Below, in pieces: positions 38,684 through 49,733 of a stretch of 64,000 bases of DNA (position 1 is the stretch's first letter; each line of letters opens with the position of its first letter). The stretch covers positions 101,866,001 through 101,930,000 of the forward strand of contig NC_042999.1 in the NCBI RefSeq assembly GCF_006345805.1, given 5' to 3'. Source of the DNA: Octopus sinensis (Eukaryota). The notes beneath the pieces are model-generated. The model did no database searches. It was not told where the DNA came from and saw only the letters and a list, made by a program, of their open reading frames with translations. The position numbers and the translations under genes were made by a program.

Positions 38684-39953
38684 GTATGGATGGATGGATG
38701 GATAGACGGATGGATGGATGGATGGATGGGTAGACAGATGGACGTATGGATGGATGGATATATGAGTAATGTTTAACATATAGCTTCCACATTAGGACAC
38801 TTTTCTTATCAGTTCTCTACAGGATATCACAGTAATTTCAGCAACTTCTTCCAGTATCACATTCAAGTAATACCAAGCAGCAATTGTTACTACCAGGGAA
38901 TGTCCAAATTCGTTTAGTCCTCACTAACACACTTGTTTTCCTATGTCATTCATGCAGCCACCACAATAAACTAGATGAAGTCGTAACCACTCCAAATATG
39001 GGCCAGCTATTTGGTTTTATAACCATGCTGCAAACAAGATAGGAGACCACCGTTCTAAAAGACAAAAGACATGATAACTTCTTTCCTGCCTATATATCGA
39101 AATAAAATGTACCCAATACACTCTTGAACTGGTTGGTGTTAGGAAGAACATCCAGCCATAGAAACCAAGCCAAAAATGAAATATACAAGCATCATGCAGT
39201 TGTCTGACATGTCTAGGAGAATGAATAAAAGCTCACTCAGACTTTGATGACCAATCCAACCCATACCAACATGGAAACACTGGTGGATTTGAATGGAACA
39301 CCTTGTATTGCAAATATTCAATCAATGCCCTGATCTTATGACTTTATTTGACTTGACACAAAACATTCTTAATGTAGAGTTATAACTGTGTAATATGTAG
39401 TGGGAAGAGTTTAAAATATGAAGGCCTCAGAAAACTATATGGTGTATGAAGATGACTGTGTATAGTGCTTCCAGTATAAATGGGATGTCACAGGTTTGTA
39501 GCTGGATCCATTGTGTCCTATTTGGCTGTTATTGGATTTGGAATACAGTAGAACAGAGAGACAGAGAGAGGGAGGGAGAGAGACAGACAGACAGAGAATA
39601 GAAAACTATTTGTCATGGATAAGATGAGTGCAAGAACAAAGAACCAAATAGCTAACCCATAATTGGAGTGGTTACGACTACATCTAGTTTATTGTGGTGG
39701 TTGCATGAATGACATAGGAAAACAAGTGTGTTAGTGAGGACAAGAAGAATCTGGACATTCCCAGGTAGCATCATTGCTGCTTGGTATTACTTGAATGTGA
39801 TACTGGAAGAAATTGCTGAAATTACTGTGATGTTCTGTTGAGAGCTGATATGAAGAGTGTCCTAATGTGGAAGCTATATGTTAAACATTACTCATATATC
39901 CGTCTGTCTATCCATCCATCCATCCATCCATCCATCTATCCATCCATCCATAC
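38684..39953. repeat. Long inverted repeat: arms 38684-39016 and 39642-39953, ~625-bp spacer
   Basis: The arms align in reverse complement at roughly 90% by eye, including the outer (GGAT)n/(ATCC)n tracts. Confidence 0.95.
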
Positions 39954-40082
39954 ATACATGCATACATCCATTCGTCCATCCATGCATGCATGCATGCTTA
40001 CATACACACATACATACATACATACATACATACATACATACATACATACATACATACACACATACATACACGCATATGTATA

Positions 40083-40299
40083 TGAGTGGGTGCTGAAAAG
40101 TTTCTGGCTTCAAGGGTATCATGAAAGGCCTTGCTGGAGGCTCAACCTTCTGCGTTCTTTTACAGAGCTTAGCAAAACTGTAAAAGGACTGTTGCAATAA
40201 GTGTGTGAATCTGAGAGGGGAATATGTTGTATAAAATCATAATTAACTGATCCTCCTGTATTTTCTTTTGCCCAAAGCCAAGAACTTTTCAACATCCCC
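40083..40299. mobile_element. Tc1/mariner MITE
   Basis: TA|tgagtgggtgctgaaaagtttctggct ... agccaagaacttttcaacatcccc|TA. A partial opposite-orientation copy lies at ~45155-45315. Confidence 0.8.
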
Positions 40300-40477
40300 T
40301 ATCATCATCATCATCATCATCATCATTTAGCGTCCGTTTTCCATGCTAGCATGGGCTGGACGGTTTAACTGGGGTCTGTGAAGCCGGAAGGCTTCATCAG
40401 GCCCCTTTTCTATTCTTTTGACTGCAACCATGCTGGAGCATCACCTTTTCCTCTTAACACTTACATCCACACACATA

Positions 40478-40751
40478 CATGGTCTGATCAATAAGTATCT
40501 TGACTGTTACCATAGTAAAGAAGCTAAAACACACAGAGTGAAGCTGCTTGGCACAGATGGACCTTGAACTCTGCTGTGCATGTGCACTAAGTTTTAACGT
40601 TCTAGCTCACTTCCGCTGTTTACAGCAGTGCTTGGAAGGAAGGTGTGCAGCATGTGATCATTCGAGGTTAATCTGTGCCAAGTGGCTTTACTCTGCGTGC
40701 TTTAGCTTCATTACTATGGCAACAGTCCAGATATTTATTGATCAGACCTTG
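40478..40751. mobile_element. Tc1/mariner MITE with ~85-bp TIRs
   Basis: TA|catggtctgatcaataagtatcttgactgttaccatagtaaagaagctaaa matches the reverse complement of the right end (caaggtctgatcaataaatatctggactgttgccatagtaatgaagctaaag); TA flanks. Confidence 0.9.
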
Positions 40752-40776
40752 TATATATACACACATGAATACATAC

Positions 40777-40987
40777 GGGCATATGGCATAGTGGTTAAGA
40801 GCGTGGGCTACTAACCCCAAGATTCCGAGTTTGATTCCAGGAAGTGACCTGAATAATACCTTAGGAATAAGAACCCAGGTTTGAAATTTCCCCAAGACAC
40901 CTGATGAAGGCTGGAGGATATATCAGCCGAAACGTTGTGTTAACAGCAAACAAGATGAGGACAAATATCCATCAATTGTAAATAATG
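40777..40987 (+). mobile_element. tRNA-headed short element carrying a hammerhead ribozyme
   Basis: A-box-like tggcatagtgg, anticodon-like arm, B-box-like gagtttgattcc, then the HHR core; possible flanking repeat tacatac (40770-76 / 40988-94). Confidence 0.75.
40896..40941 (+). ncRNA. Minimal type I hammerhead ribozyme
   Basis: Stem I gacac/gtgtt; core CTGATGA(A); stem II GGCTG/CAGCC with a 10-nt loop; GAAA; palindromic minimal stem III (AACGTT); GUU cleavage triplet, predicted cut after 40936. Confidence 0.82.
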
Positions 40988-41765
40988 TACATACAAGTGT
41001 TGTTAGAACATCAAATAGAATACATTGTCATATTTGTTCTGGCTTCCTGTGCTTTGAGTTCAAATCCTATCAAGGTCCAGTTAATCTTTCACCATTTCAG
41101 GTTTCATGAAAAAAAAAGAAAAAAATGAACCAGCCCAAAGCGGGTGCATCTTATTTTCTTTACTACTTTCTTTTCCTGGATGTTCCACAAAGTCAAGAGT
41201 GAGCAGACCAAGAGGGTGCATATATAAGCATACAATTACATAGCTGCTTAAAACAATTAGCAAAAGCATAGCACACACTACATTACCATCATCATCATTT
41301 AACGTCCATTGCCCATGCAGGCAGGAGTTGGACGGTTTGACCAGGGCTGGAAAGCTGAGGAGCTGCACCTAACTCAAAAATCATAATTGATTGTGAGTGA
41401 TAGTTATAGTTTCAGTAGTTTACACACACACAAACACACACACACACAAGTACACACACACACACAAGAACACACGCACACATACATATGCTACAGTTAG
41501 TTTACTAGTGTTGAAATTACTGTTAATGCTGTTATTCTTGTTGTTGTAGTAGTAGTCTAAACGATAGTTGATCTTGTGGTGATGTTTTTGTTATATCAAC
41601 ATTCTAAAACTTGAAACAAAATTGTTTTCTAACTTGTATATAAAATAGGTATGTCAACTGAAACTGTTTAACTGTTTGTATTGTCATTTCCGTCCAAATT
41701 ATCAGTTTTCTGCACAAAGTCTGCTAAGTGCTCTTGGCATTCCAATCTAAACAGAGTTCAATCCA

Positions 41766-41767
<2 letters not shown>

Positions 41768-41809
<42 letters not shown>

Positions 41810-41831
41810 CCTCTCTCTCTCTCTTTCTCTC

Positions 41832-41864
<33 letters not shown>

Positions 41865-42330
41865 TTCTCTCCCTCTCTCTCTCTCTTTCTCTCCCTCTCT
41901 CTCTCCCTTTCCCTCCCCCCTCTCTCTCCCCCTCTCTTTCTGGCTATTGTTCTCCTATTTTCTTCTTTTTTTTCAGTTTTTGCTAATCTCTATGAGTTTG
42001 TATAAGTCTTCCATAAGAACGTCAATGCCTGCCCTTGCACCGCTCCTTCTCTTCCTTGTCATCATCACAATCAACAGATGCAGCTGCAGCTGCTATAGCT
42101 GTAACAGCAACAGCAGCATGTTTGTCATGGTGGTGGTTGTTGTTGTTGTTGTTGTTGTTGATGCTATTATTATCATCTTCATCATTATCCCAATTCTCAT
42201 TACCGCTATCACCAGAGATATCATCATCATCACCATCATCACCACCACCACCACCACCACCACCACTGCCCCCCCCCTTCCACCACTTCCACCACCGCCA
42301 CCATTATCATTGTCACCATCATGTCCTACA
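41768..42330. repeat. (CT)n tract plus trinucleotide repeats (GTT, CAT, CAC)
   Basis: Direct reading; explains the low-complexity ORFs 41681-42367. Confidence 0.95.
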
Positions 42331-42669
42331 CAAACTCTCACATATGACTAATTATTTCACACCCTGAAATTGGAAAATGAACTATTAAATACCAGAATTC
42401 TTTTGTTTGACTGTTGCAAGTATGCCTGTATCATTAAGAAGTTTACATTGCAACCTTGTGATTTCCAGTTCAAAAACATGCTTTTAGCCATTAAGATAAG
42501 AAAGATGTTCAAAGTATTGAAGAAGGCTGTTGTTAATGAGTCTTCATCACATTTGATCAGTTGGAAGAGGGTGTGATGGAACAACAGCTGGTTGAGTTAG
42601 ACACATTGCTCTTCTTGAGAATAGAATTATTATTTGAACCCTTGAATACTGACAGTTTTTTCATCGTTG

Positions 42670-43290
42670 CCGATCATCATCATCGTTTAACATCTGCTTT
42701 CCATGCTAGCATGGGTTGGAAGATTTGACTGAGGACTGGCGAACCAGATGGCTGCACCAAGCTCCAATCTGACCTGGCAGAGTTTCTACTGCTGGATGCC
42801 CTTCCTAACGCCAACCACTCCGAGAGTGTAGTGGGTGCTTTTACATACCACCGACATGAGGGCCAGTCAGGCGGTACTGGCAACGGCCACAAAAAATCGT
42901 TTTTTTTTATGTGTCACTTGCACACTGGTACAATTGCCAGTAAGGCGACGCTGGTAATGATCACACTCGAATGGTGCTTCTTACGTGCCACCGGCACGAA
43001 CACCATTTAGCCACTCTGGCAACGATCACGCTTGGATGGTGCTCTTAGTGCTCCACTAGCACGGATGCCAGTCATTGAATTTGATTTCAATTTCACTTGC
43101 CTCAACAGGTCTTCGCAAGCAGTGTCCAATGAAGGGAAGGTACGCATAAGTGGGCTGGTTACACCCCTGGCTTAGGCTACAAGGTTATGGTCTCACATGG
43201 CTTGCTGGGTCTTCTCAAGCACAGCATATTTCCAAAAGTCTCAGTCACTGGTCATTGCCTCGGTGAGGCCTAATGTTGGAAGGTCGTGCT
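42670..43290 (-). mobile_element. RTE LINE 3' end, inverted relative to the 36493-37340 copy
   Basis: Reverse complement reads gaagcacgaccttccaacattaggcctcaccgaggcaatgac...ggaagggcatccagcagtagaaac...gttaaacgatgatgatg. Confidence 0.92.
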
Positions 43291-45564
43291 TCAATTATAT
43301 GTTAATATAATATGTATGTACGTATGTATGTAAATATGTATGTGTGTTATTTCTTTTAATAAAATAGGTAATAGGAGGTGGGGAAAATATTTACAATTTT
43401 TGCAAGTTTTCTCAGACCTGTAAGATTGAAAGAGTTAATGTTCAACTTAAACACTGGTATGTTTTGTTAGTGACTATGGGTAGGGAAAGAATTCTAGAGG
43501 ACGACTGTATTGTGGAAGAATGGATGGATAAAAGTTCAGCTGAAGGAAGGAAAGATGGATGGAATAAGTAGACTTGAGTGAGCAGAGAAGGTATCCAATA
43601 AGTTATTTCAAAGGAGTGGAGGTCATTGTAGTAATAATAGAATAAGTAACACATCTGTAAGCTAGTTGTTGTGATTGTTTAACCTTAGGGTCACCAAGGA
43701 TCCCCTTTAGCCACTTCTCCTTCTGCATCATGCCCCTTTAGTCACTTTTCCTTCTGCATCAACCACCCTCCTCATTTAAAATATCTTAATACCCTACCCT
43801 ACTGTACCTATCTTAAATGCATATCAGGTACTGATGCTGGCAATTAAAATGTTACCTAAAATATATATGTACAACAAATTAAGAAATTCTATTGAGGATG
43901 ACACACTTTTTACATTTAAAATTACGTGTATGAGTATACAATATTAAACTTTCAATTTTTATGAAATTGTTTTCACAGTTAGAAAATGTGAAAAACACAT
44001 CTTATTACTGGAATATCTTTTATTGGAATTGACAATATTAATGTGAGGGATGAGCATAGCACTAAGTATTTCAAGCAGTTCATCTGGATGAGCTGGTCTT
44101 TTGCACGCTGACCTCCATTTGACCTCCTTGGCTATCATCAACCCAATGTAATTCCTTTCCAACCCCTAGGGGATCCCTCGGACCCTCTTTGGCAACCCCT
44201 GGTTTAACCTGAGGTCAAACCTAATTGAATAGACCTATGATCAAAGGCTTTCCAGCTTTGTTCAATGTACAAGGAGCCCAAGACTACATTATCCAACATT
44301 TTTTTAAGATAGCAGACTGAATGATCATGTAGAGGATCTCTCACTAGCTCATCTGTGAGCTAGTTATCTAGTTATCATGAGCAGTTATCTGAAAATGTGA
44401 GCATTATCATTTTTAGTAACTTAGAAAATATTGTGCATTATTCATGGTTTGAGTCAACATACAGATCCAGAATACAACATACAGATTGCAAATGTGATTG
44501 TGTATAATCTGAACATATGTATTGGTATCTGTAGAGACATATGAAGTAAGATGCGTCAACAGTTCAGCAAAACATTTGCTCTAGCATAGATTTCAAACTA
44601 AAGCACTCATTTTGAGAGAAATCTATAATCAGCTTAACTGTCTGAATACAGAAAGTAGATATGAATGCACAAAATTTTATTTCTGTTATCTGCAGAAAGC
44701 AGTTTTACCTCATGGCTTTGTAAAAACCTCGCTCATCTTATGCTACCAGAAGTGAAGGAGTTCCCAGTAGCACTTTACAAATTAATTATTTTCACATATT
44801 TCATCAAATATCTCTTTACAAAACAAATATTCAATACTTTTAGTGGTGGCTTTGAAAACCATACCTACAGAAGATATTGAAAAAGTATTGCAGAAGCAGA
44901 AAATATAAATTCTACTTTTTGGTGAATAATTAACATCATTGCAGGAATGACCATGAAATTTAATTACACTGTCAAAGCTTTAATGAACCTTGGTTTTTAA
45001 TAAGTGCTTATTTTACCAAACCTAGAAGGGCAAAATTCTTCTTCAACCCCGAAAGTATTTGAAAACAAAACATAAAGGGATATAGCTAAATCCTGCTAGG
45101 TATTTTGTTCAACAATTTACTAATTCTATCAATCCATTGCCCTTCTTTAAGTATATGAGGTGGGTGCTGAAAAGTCCCTGGTTTTGAGTAAAAGAAAATA
45201 CAGGAGGATCAGTTAACTATGATTTTATTCAACGTATTCCCCTGTCATTTACACACCAATTGCAGTGGTCCTTCAGTTTTCTAAGCCATGTAAAAGAACT
45301 TGGAAAGTTGAGTCTCTAGTTCAGTGATTCTCTATTAAGATGCTTGGCAAAGATATCAAGTATTCATCTCGACAGAAATAAATCACATGCTACCATCTTT
45401 AAAAAAACTAGAAAGAGATGCTGCATAAAGTGATATTAGATACACTATGCCTGAAATTAAGACAGGATGGTCAAAAATGGAACACCTTTAATCACAGGTA
45501 TAATTCAGAGTTCACTTGGGGCCAGATAACATTGATGTTAGTTTAGCCAACAGAGAAACTTCTA

Positions 45565-46848
45565 AGTAGTCAACTGATTTGTTTGGAGGACAGGTTGCAG
45601 ACAGTATTTGTTTGCAATTTTCAACTGCTAATTTTACACATATTCTTTTACTTTTATATTGGTCTTTTTCTTCTTAAAAACAATAACTTTTGCTTTATTA
45701 TTTTTTTTTTTAAGAATAATTAACTAAAGAAAATTTTGATCCTCCCAATTTGTGGAAGAAGCATGGAGTCCTCCTTGGAATCTGCCCTGGAAGGACAAAC
45801 ACGATTTCAGACTTCCTCAACATCAGCAGAAGGCCGGTGGAAAAGATCAGAAAGGAGCTGGAAGATTCAGGATTTGACTACAAGGGAAGAGCAGAGAAGA
45901 AAATCCATGATTAACAATCTGACACTATCAGAACGCAGGAATTCATAACTGAAATCCAGATAATCAACAATGATCCCTGCACGGGAGAAAGTTGTGGATG
46001 AAAAGCTCATCAAGCTGGTAATGCATGAAAACATTTACTATTTTTCATACAAGATGAGGAAAGGACAATTTCTATCCAAGATGAAGCAGAAGTGACTCAA
46101 GCACACCAAAAAGCTGATCAACAAGCTTAAACAGCCGCTGGAGCCAGGCATGCTGTGGTGCTTCTCCATTAAGAAGAATTTCTGTCAAGACCAGAAGATC
46201 AAATCCCAGAACAACAAGTGGCTCACTGTCTCACCCAAGGATGTGCCAGAGTCATGCAGATGAAATTTCCAGCGACAATCATAGTCTTCAGTATCTTTTT
46301 GCTACCCCACCTCTTCCCTTATAGCCTCCGGTTGAACACCGCTGGCTACATCCATGTTCTGAGCAAGGTGATGAAACCCTGGATCGACTGAGTAACGGCA
46401 AAATTCTGGCCCTGCCACACCAGCCAGAAGACCCCACCATGGCTGTCAGAGAATTTCTTCAATCACACAGCACCTGACATTTGGCCTCTCAACTCGCCTG
46501 ACTGCAAACACCTCGATTTCTTTGTATGGGTCGTGGTGGAACGAGAGACCATCAAATCCAGGTACTAACACGAAGGACGAGCTGAGGGCCAGGATTATCA
46601 AGGTCACCAGGAGTCTAAAACGTGAGACAATGACGAGAGCCTGTGGGCGGTTTCGAGGTCACCGGCAAGCTGTCATCGAGACCAAAGACGGGTTCATCGA
46701 GAGAGATTGACAGAACATGTCATGAAGACAAACTGACCCAAATTTGATGATTACACTAAAAAAATACAAATGGTTTTATTTTTTTCCTGAGAGAGACATC
46801 ATGCAAGCGAATACCGTCCGCACGGTATTCGTTCGCATGATGACTGTG
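45565..46848 (+). mobile_element. Decayed maT/DD37D-like (Tc1/mariner superfamily) transposon, ~1.28 kb
   Basis: Fragments RVMQ.KFPATI.VF, YI.VL..V.KPWI, WPLNSPDC..LDF.VW, TKDELRARI...AC.RFR....VIE.K.GFIE; related inverted terminal motifs at 45596-45616 and 46797-46842. The left boundary is uncertain. Confidence 0.7.
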
Positions 46849-48134
46849 TAGTATGGCAAATCTCCGCTTCTACTCTACGTCTACCATATTTAATAAAAAG
46901 AAGGGTATGTTGCATAATATAATATTAGATACACTGCAACAGAAAAAAAACCCAAAAAACATGAAGGTCCTGGCTAGAACACCTTACACCATAGTTTTTC
47001 TAGGTAAGGGCTGACATAAGATTAAACATCAACACTCGTAACCGGATTTGGCACAAAAAAAAAAATTAACTTCAAAAGCGAAAAAGTTAATTCTTTTTTC
47101 ACAAAATGAATAAACTGATATGAAAGTGAAGTTAAGGCAGGAAATTATAAATCTGATATTTCTCAGACCAATAATTTTCTGTCTAGGATCAGAAAAATAG
47201 AGGGATACGCTGTTAATAGATAAAACCGGCCGCACAACCAACTGAATAAATTTAGTTAACCTCTTGAAAATTGTTTCCGGGAAAAGCGATCTGAACTCTA
47301 AAACTCTACATTTATTTATTTATTTTTACAAAATAATTCGGTGAGGCGGAAGAAATATACTGGATTCTTATAATAAAGACAACCAACTCTTTAAATATAT
47401 AATAGTTCATATTTCCTAAAAGAAATCAAAATAAAACGAGTTCGTGCTCACACATAAATAGTTATACATATACACATTAACAGGGTTATAAAGTTGTCTC
47501 TCTTGTTTCTTTCATTTGGTTCAAGGGAAGTAACAATCTTAGAGGTGTGTGTGCGTGTAGGGAACGATTGATCAGCAGACAAATCGGTAAGCAGACAGAA
47601 AGGGACACAGACTGAAGAAGGTAGATAGTTCGATAGATAGATTGACCAAAGAACGTTTTGTGTATATGTGAGGATGTTTTGTACTTTCAATGTGTTTAGG
47701 AATATATGTACAGGTGTCCAGTCACAGAAATTTAGCCAAACAGATATAGGAACCTCATCGGACACATGTAAAACCACCTAATTCATGCCAGTATAGAAAA
47801 TGGACATAAAATGATGATGATGATGGTGGTGGTGGTGGCGGCGGCGGCGGTAGAGGTGGTGGTGGTGGTGGTGGCGGCGGTGGTAGAGGTGGTGGTGGTG
47901 GTACTATCCTCATCATCATTCTCATTTTCACATGCACTTTTCCATGCTCACATGATTCAGCCAGAAGTTGAGGCAACTACTTTACAGCTGGATGTCTATC
48001 CTGTCACCAACACTCATCTGTCTCCTCGGACATGTTTTCATGGAAGACTGGAAACAGACATCTCCTGTATGATAGTAACATACATTTATAACTATCAATT
48101 TGCCAATGTTCTGCGCCATGAGGATGAAAGACTT

Positions 48135-49733
48135 GAGGTATTTCGTGTTGCTTGACAGTGTGTGAGAGAGAATCATGACGTGGTAGGAGAGAAATGTGTT
48201 CGCAAGGATGACGGTTCACTTGCGCTAAATGAGGATGCAAAGAGAGAGGTTTGGAGACGCCACTATGAAAGGTTGCTGAATGAGGAAAATGAATGGGATA
48301 AAGAGAGTCAGCTGAATGTCGACCCAACAGAGGGACCAGCAATCCGAGTTGACAGTTCCTTAGTAGTTAAGGCAATTACAAGCATGAAAACAGGGAAAGC
48401 CCCAGGCCCATCAGGAATTACTGCAGAGATGCTCAAAATATCTGGTAGTGTTGGCTATAGCCTAGTCACCCATATAGTTAACCAGGTGATACACGAAGGA
48501 GTCATACCCAATGACTGGTGTAGCAGCATAATAGTCAACTGCTACAAAGGTAAAGGTGACGCCCTAGATACAAATAATTACAGGGGTATCAAGCTGCTGG
48601 ATCAGGTAATGAAGGTTACGGAGAGGGTTATAGCCCAACTAATTAGAAAGAGAGTTAGCTTAGATGAGATGCAGTTTGGGAAAAGTACTACTGATGCTAT
48701 ATTCCTGGTAAGACAGCTGCAGGAGAAATACCTAGCCAAAGATAAGCCCCTATACCTGGCTTTTGTTGACATGGAGAAAGCCTTCGACAGGGTCCCCCGA
48801 CCCCTTATCTGGTGGTCAATGAGGAAACTAGGGATAGATGAATGGTTAGTGAGAGCTCTGTGAGCCATGTACAGAGACGCTGCTAGTAAGGTGAGAGTTG
48901 GCAATGAGTACAGTGAAGAATTCCGGGTAGAGGTTGGGGTCCACCAAGGTTCAGTCCTCAGTCCCCTCCTATTTATCATAGTCCTCCAGGCAATAATGGA
49001 GGAATTCAAGACAGGATGCCCCTAGGAGCTCCTCTATGCTGATGACCTTGCTCTAATTGCTGAGTCACTATCAGAACTGGAGGAGAAGTTTCAGGCGTGG
49101 AAGCAAGGTTTAGAATCGAAGGGCCTTAGAATCAACCTTGCCAAAACCAAAGTCCTAATAAGTAGGAAGGTAGACCAATCACAAACGCCTTCAGGTAGAT
49201 GGCCCTGCTCGATCTGTAAAAAAGGCATAGGTAGAAACTCTATAAGGTGCACCAAGTGTAAGCTATGGACACATAAGAGGTGTAGCAATGTCAAAGGAAG
49301 GCTAACTAGGAAAATAGTTTTTGTCTGTGGCAGATGCTCAGGAGCAATAAACACTGAAAATGTGCAGAGACCAACTTCTACCACGTTCCAGGGAGAAAAA
49401 TTAGAAGTAGTTGATAGCTTTCGCTACCTAGGTGACCAAGGTGTGTGCTGAAAGTGTAACTGCTAGAGTAAGAATAGCCCGGGCAAAGTTTAGAGAGCTC
49501 TTACCCCTGCTGGTGGCAAAAGGCCTCTCGCTCAAAGTAAAAGGCAGACTGTATGATGCATGTGTACGTACAGCCATGCTACATGGTAGTGAAACATGGG
49601 CTGTGACTGCTGAGGATATGCGTAAGCTCGCAAGAAATGAAGCCAGTATGCTCCAATGGATGTGTAATGTCAGTGTTCATAATCGACAGAGTGTAAGTAC
49701 CTTGAGAGAAAAGTTGGACCTAAGAAGCATCAG
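48135..49733 (+). mobile_element. RTE-clade LINE ORF2 fragment: RT domain plus PHD-like finger
   Basis: MKTGKAPGPSGI, YKGKGD...NYRGIKLL, AFVDMEKAFDRVPR, GVHQGSVLSPLLF, YADD at 49035-49046, YLG; in-frame stops at 48861 and 49023; both ends truncated. Confidence 0.97.

Noticed and set aside
40777-40850. Possible functional tRNA gene (anticodon-like ACT)
   Set aside because: Acceptor and T stems do not pair properly and it runs into a retroelement body, so it is a SINE-type head. The same applies to the other tRNA-like heads in the window.
41681-42367. ORFs up to 207 aa
   Set aside because: Translations of (CT)n and trinucleotide repeats.
43416-43456. Candidate 41-nt plus-strand exon (ttctcag|ACC...CTG|gtatgt; TCKIERVNVQLKH)
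   Set aside because: Splice sites are plausible but there is no recognisable homology and no compatible next exon.
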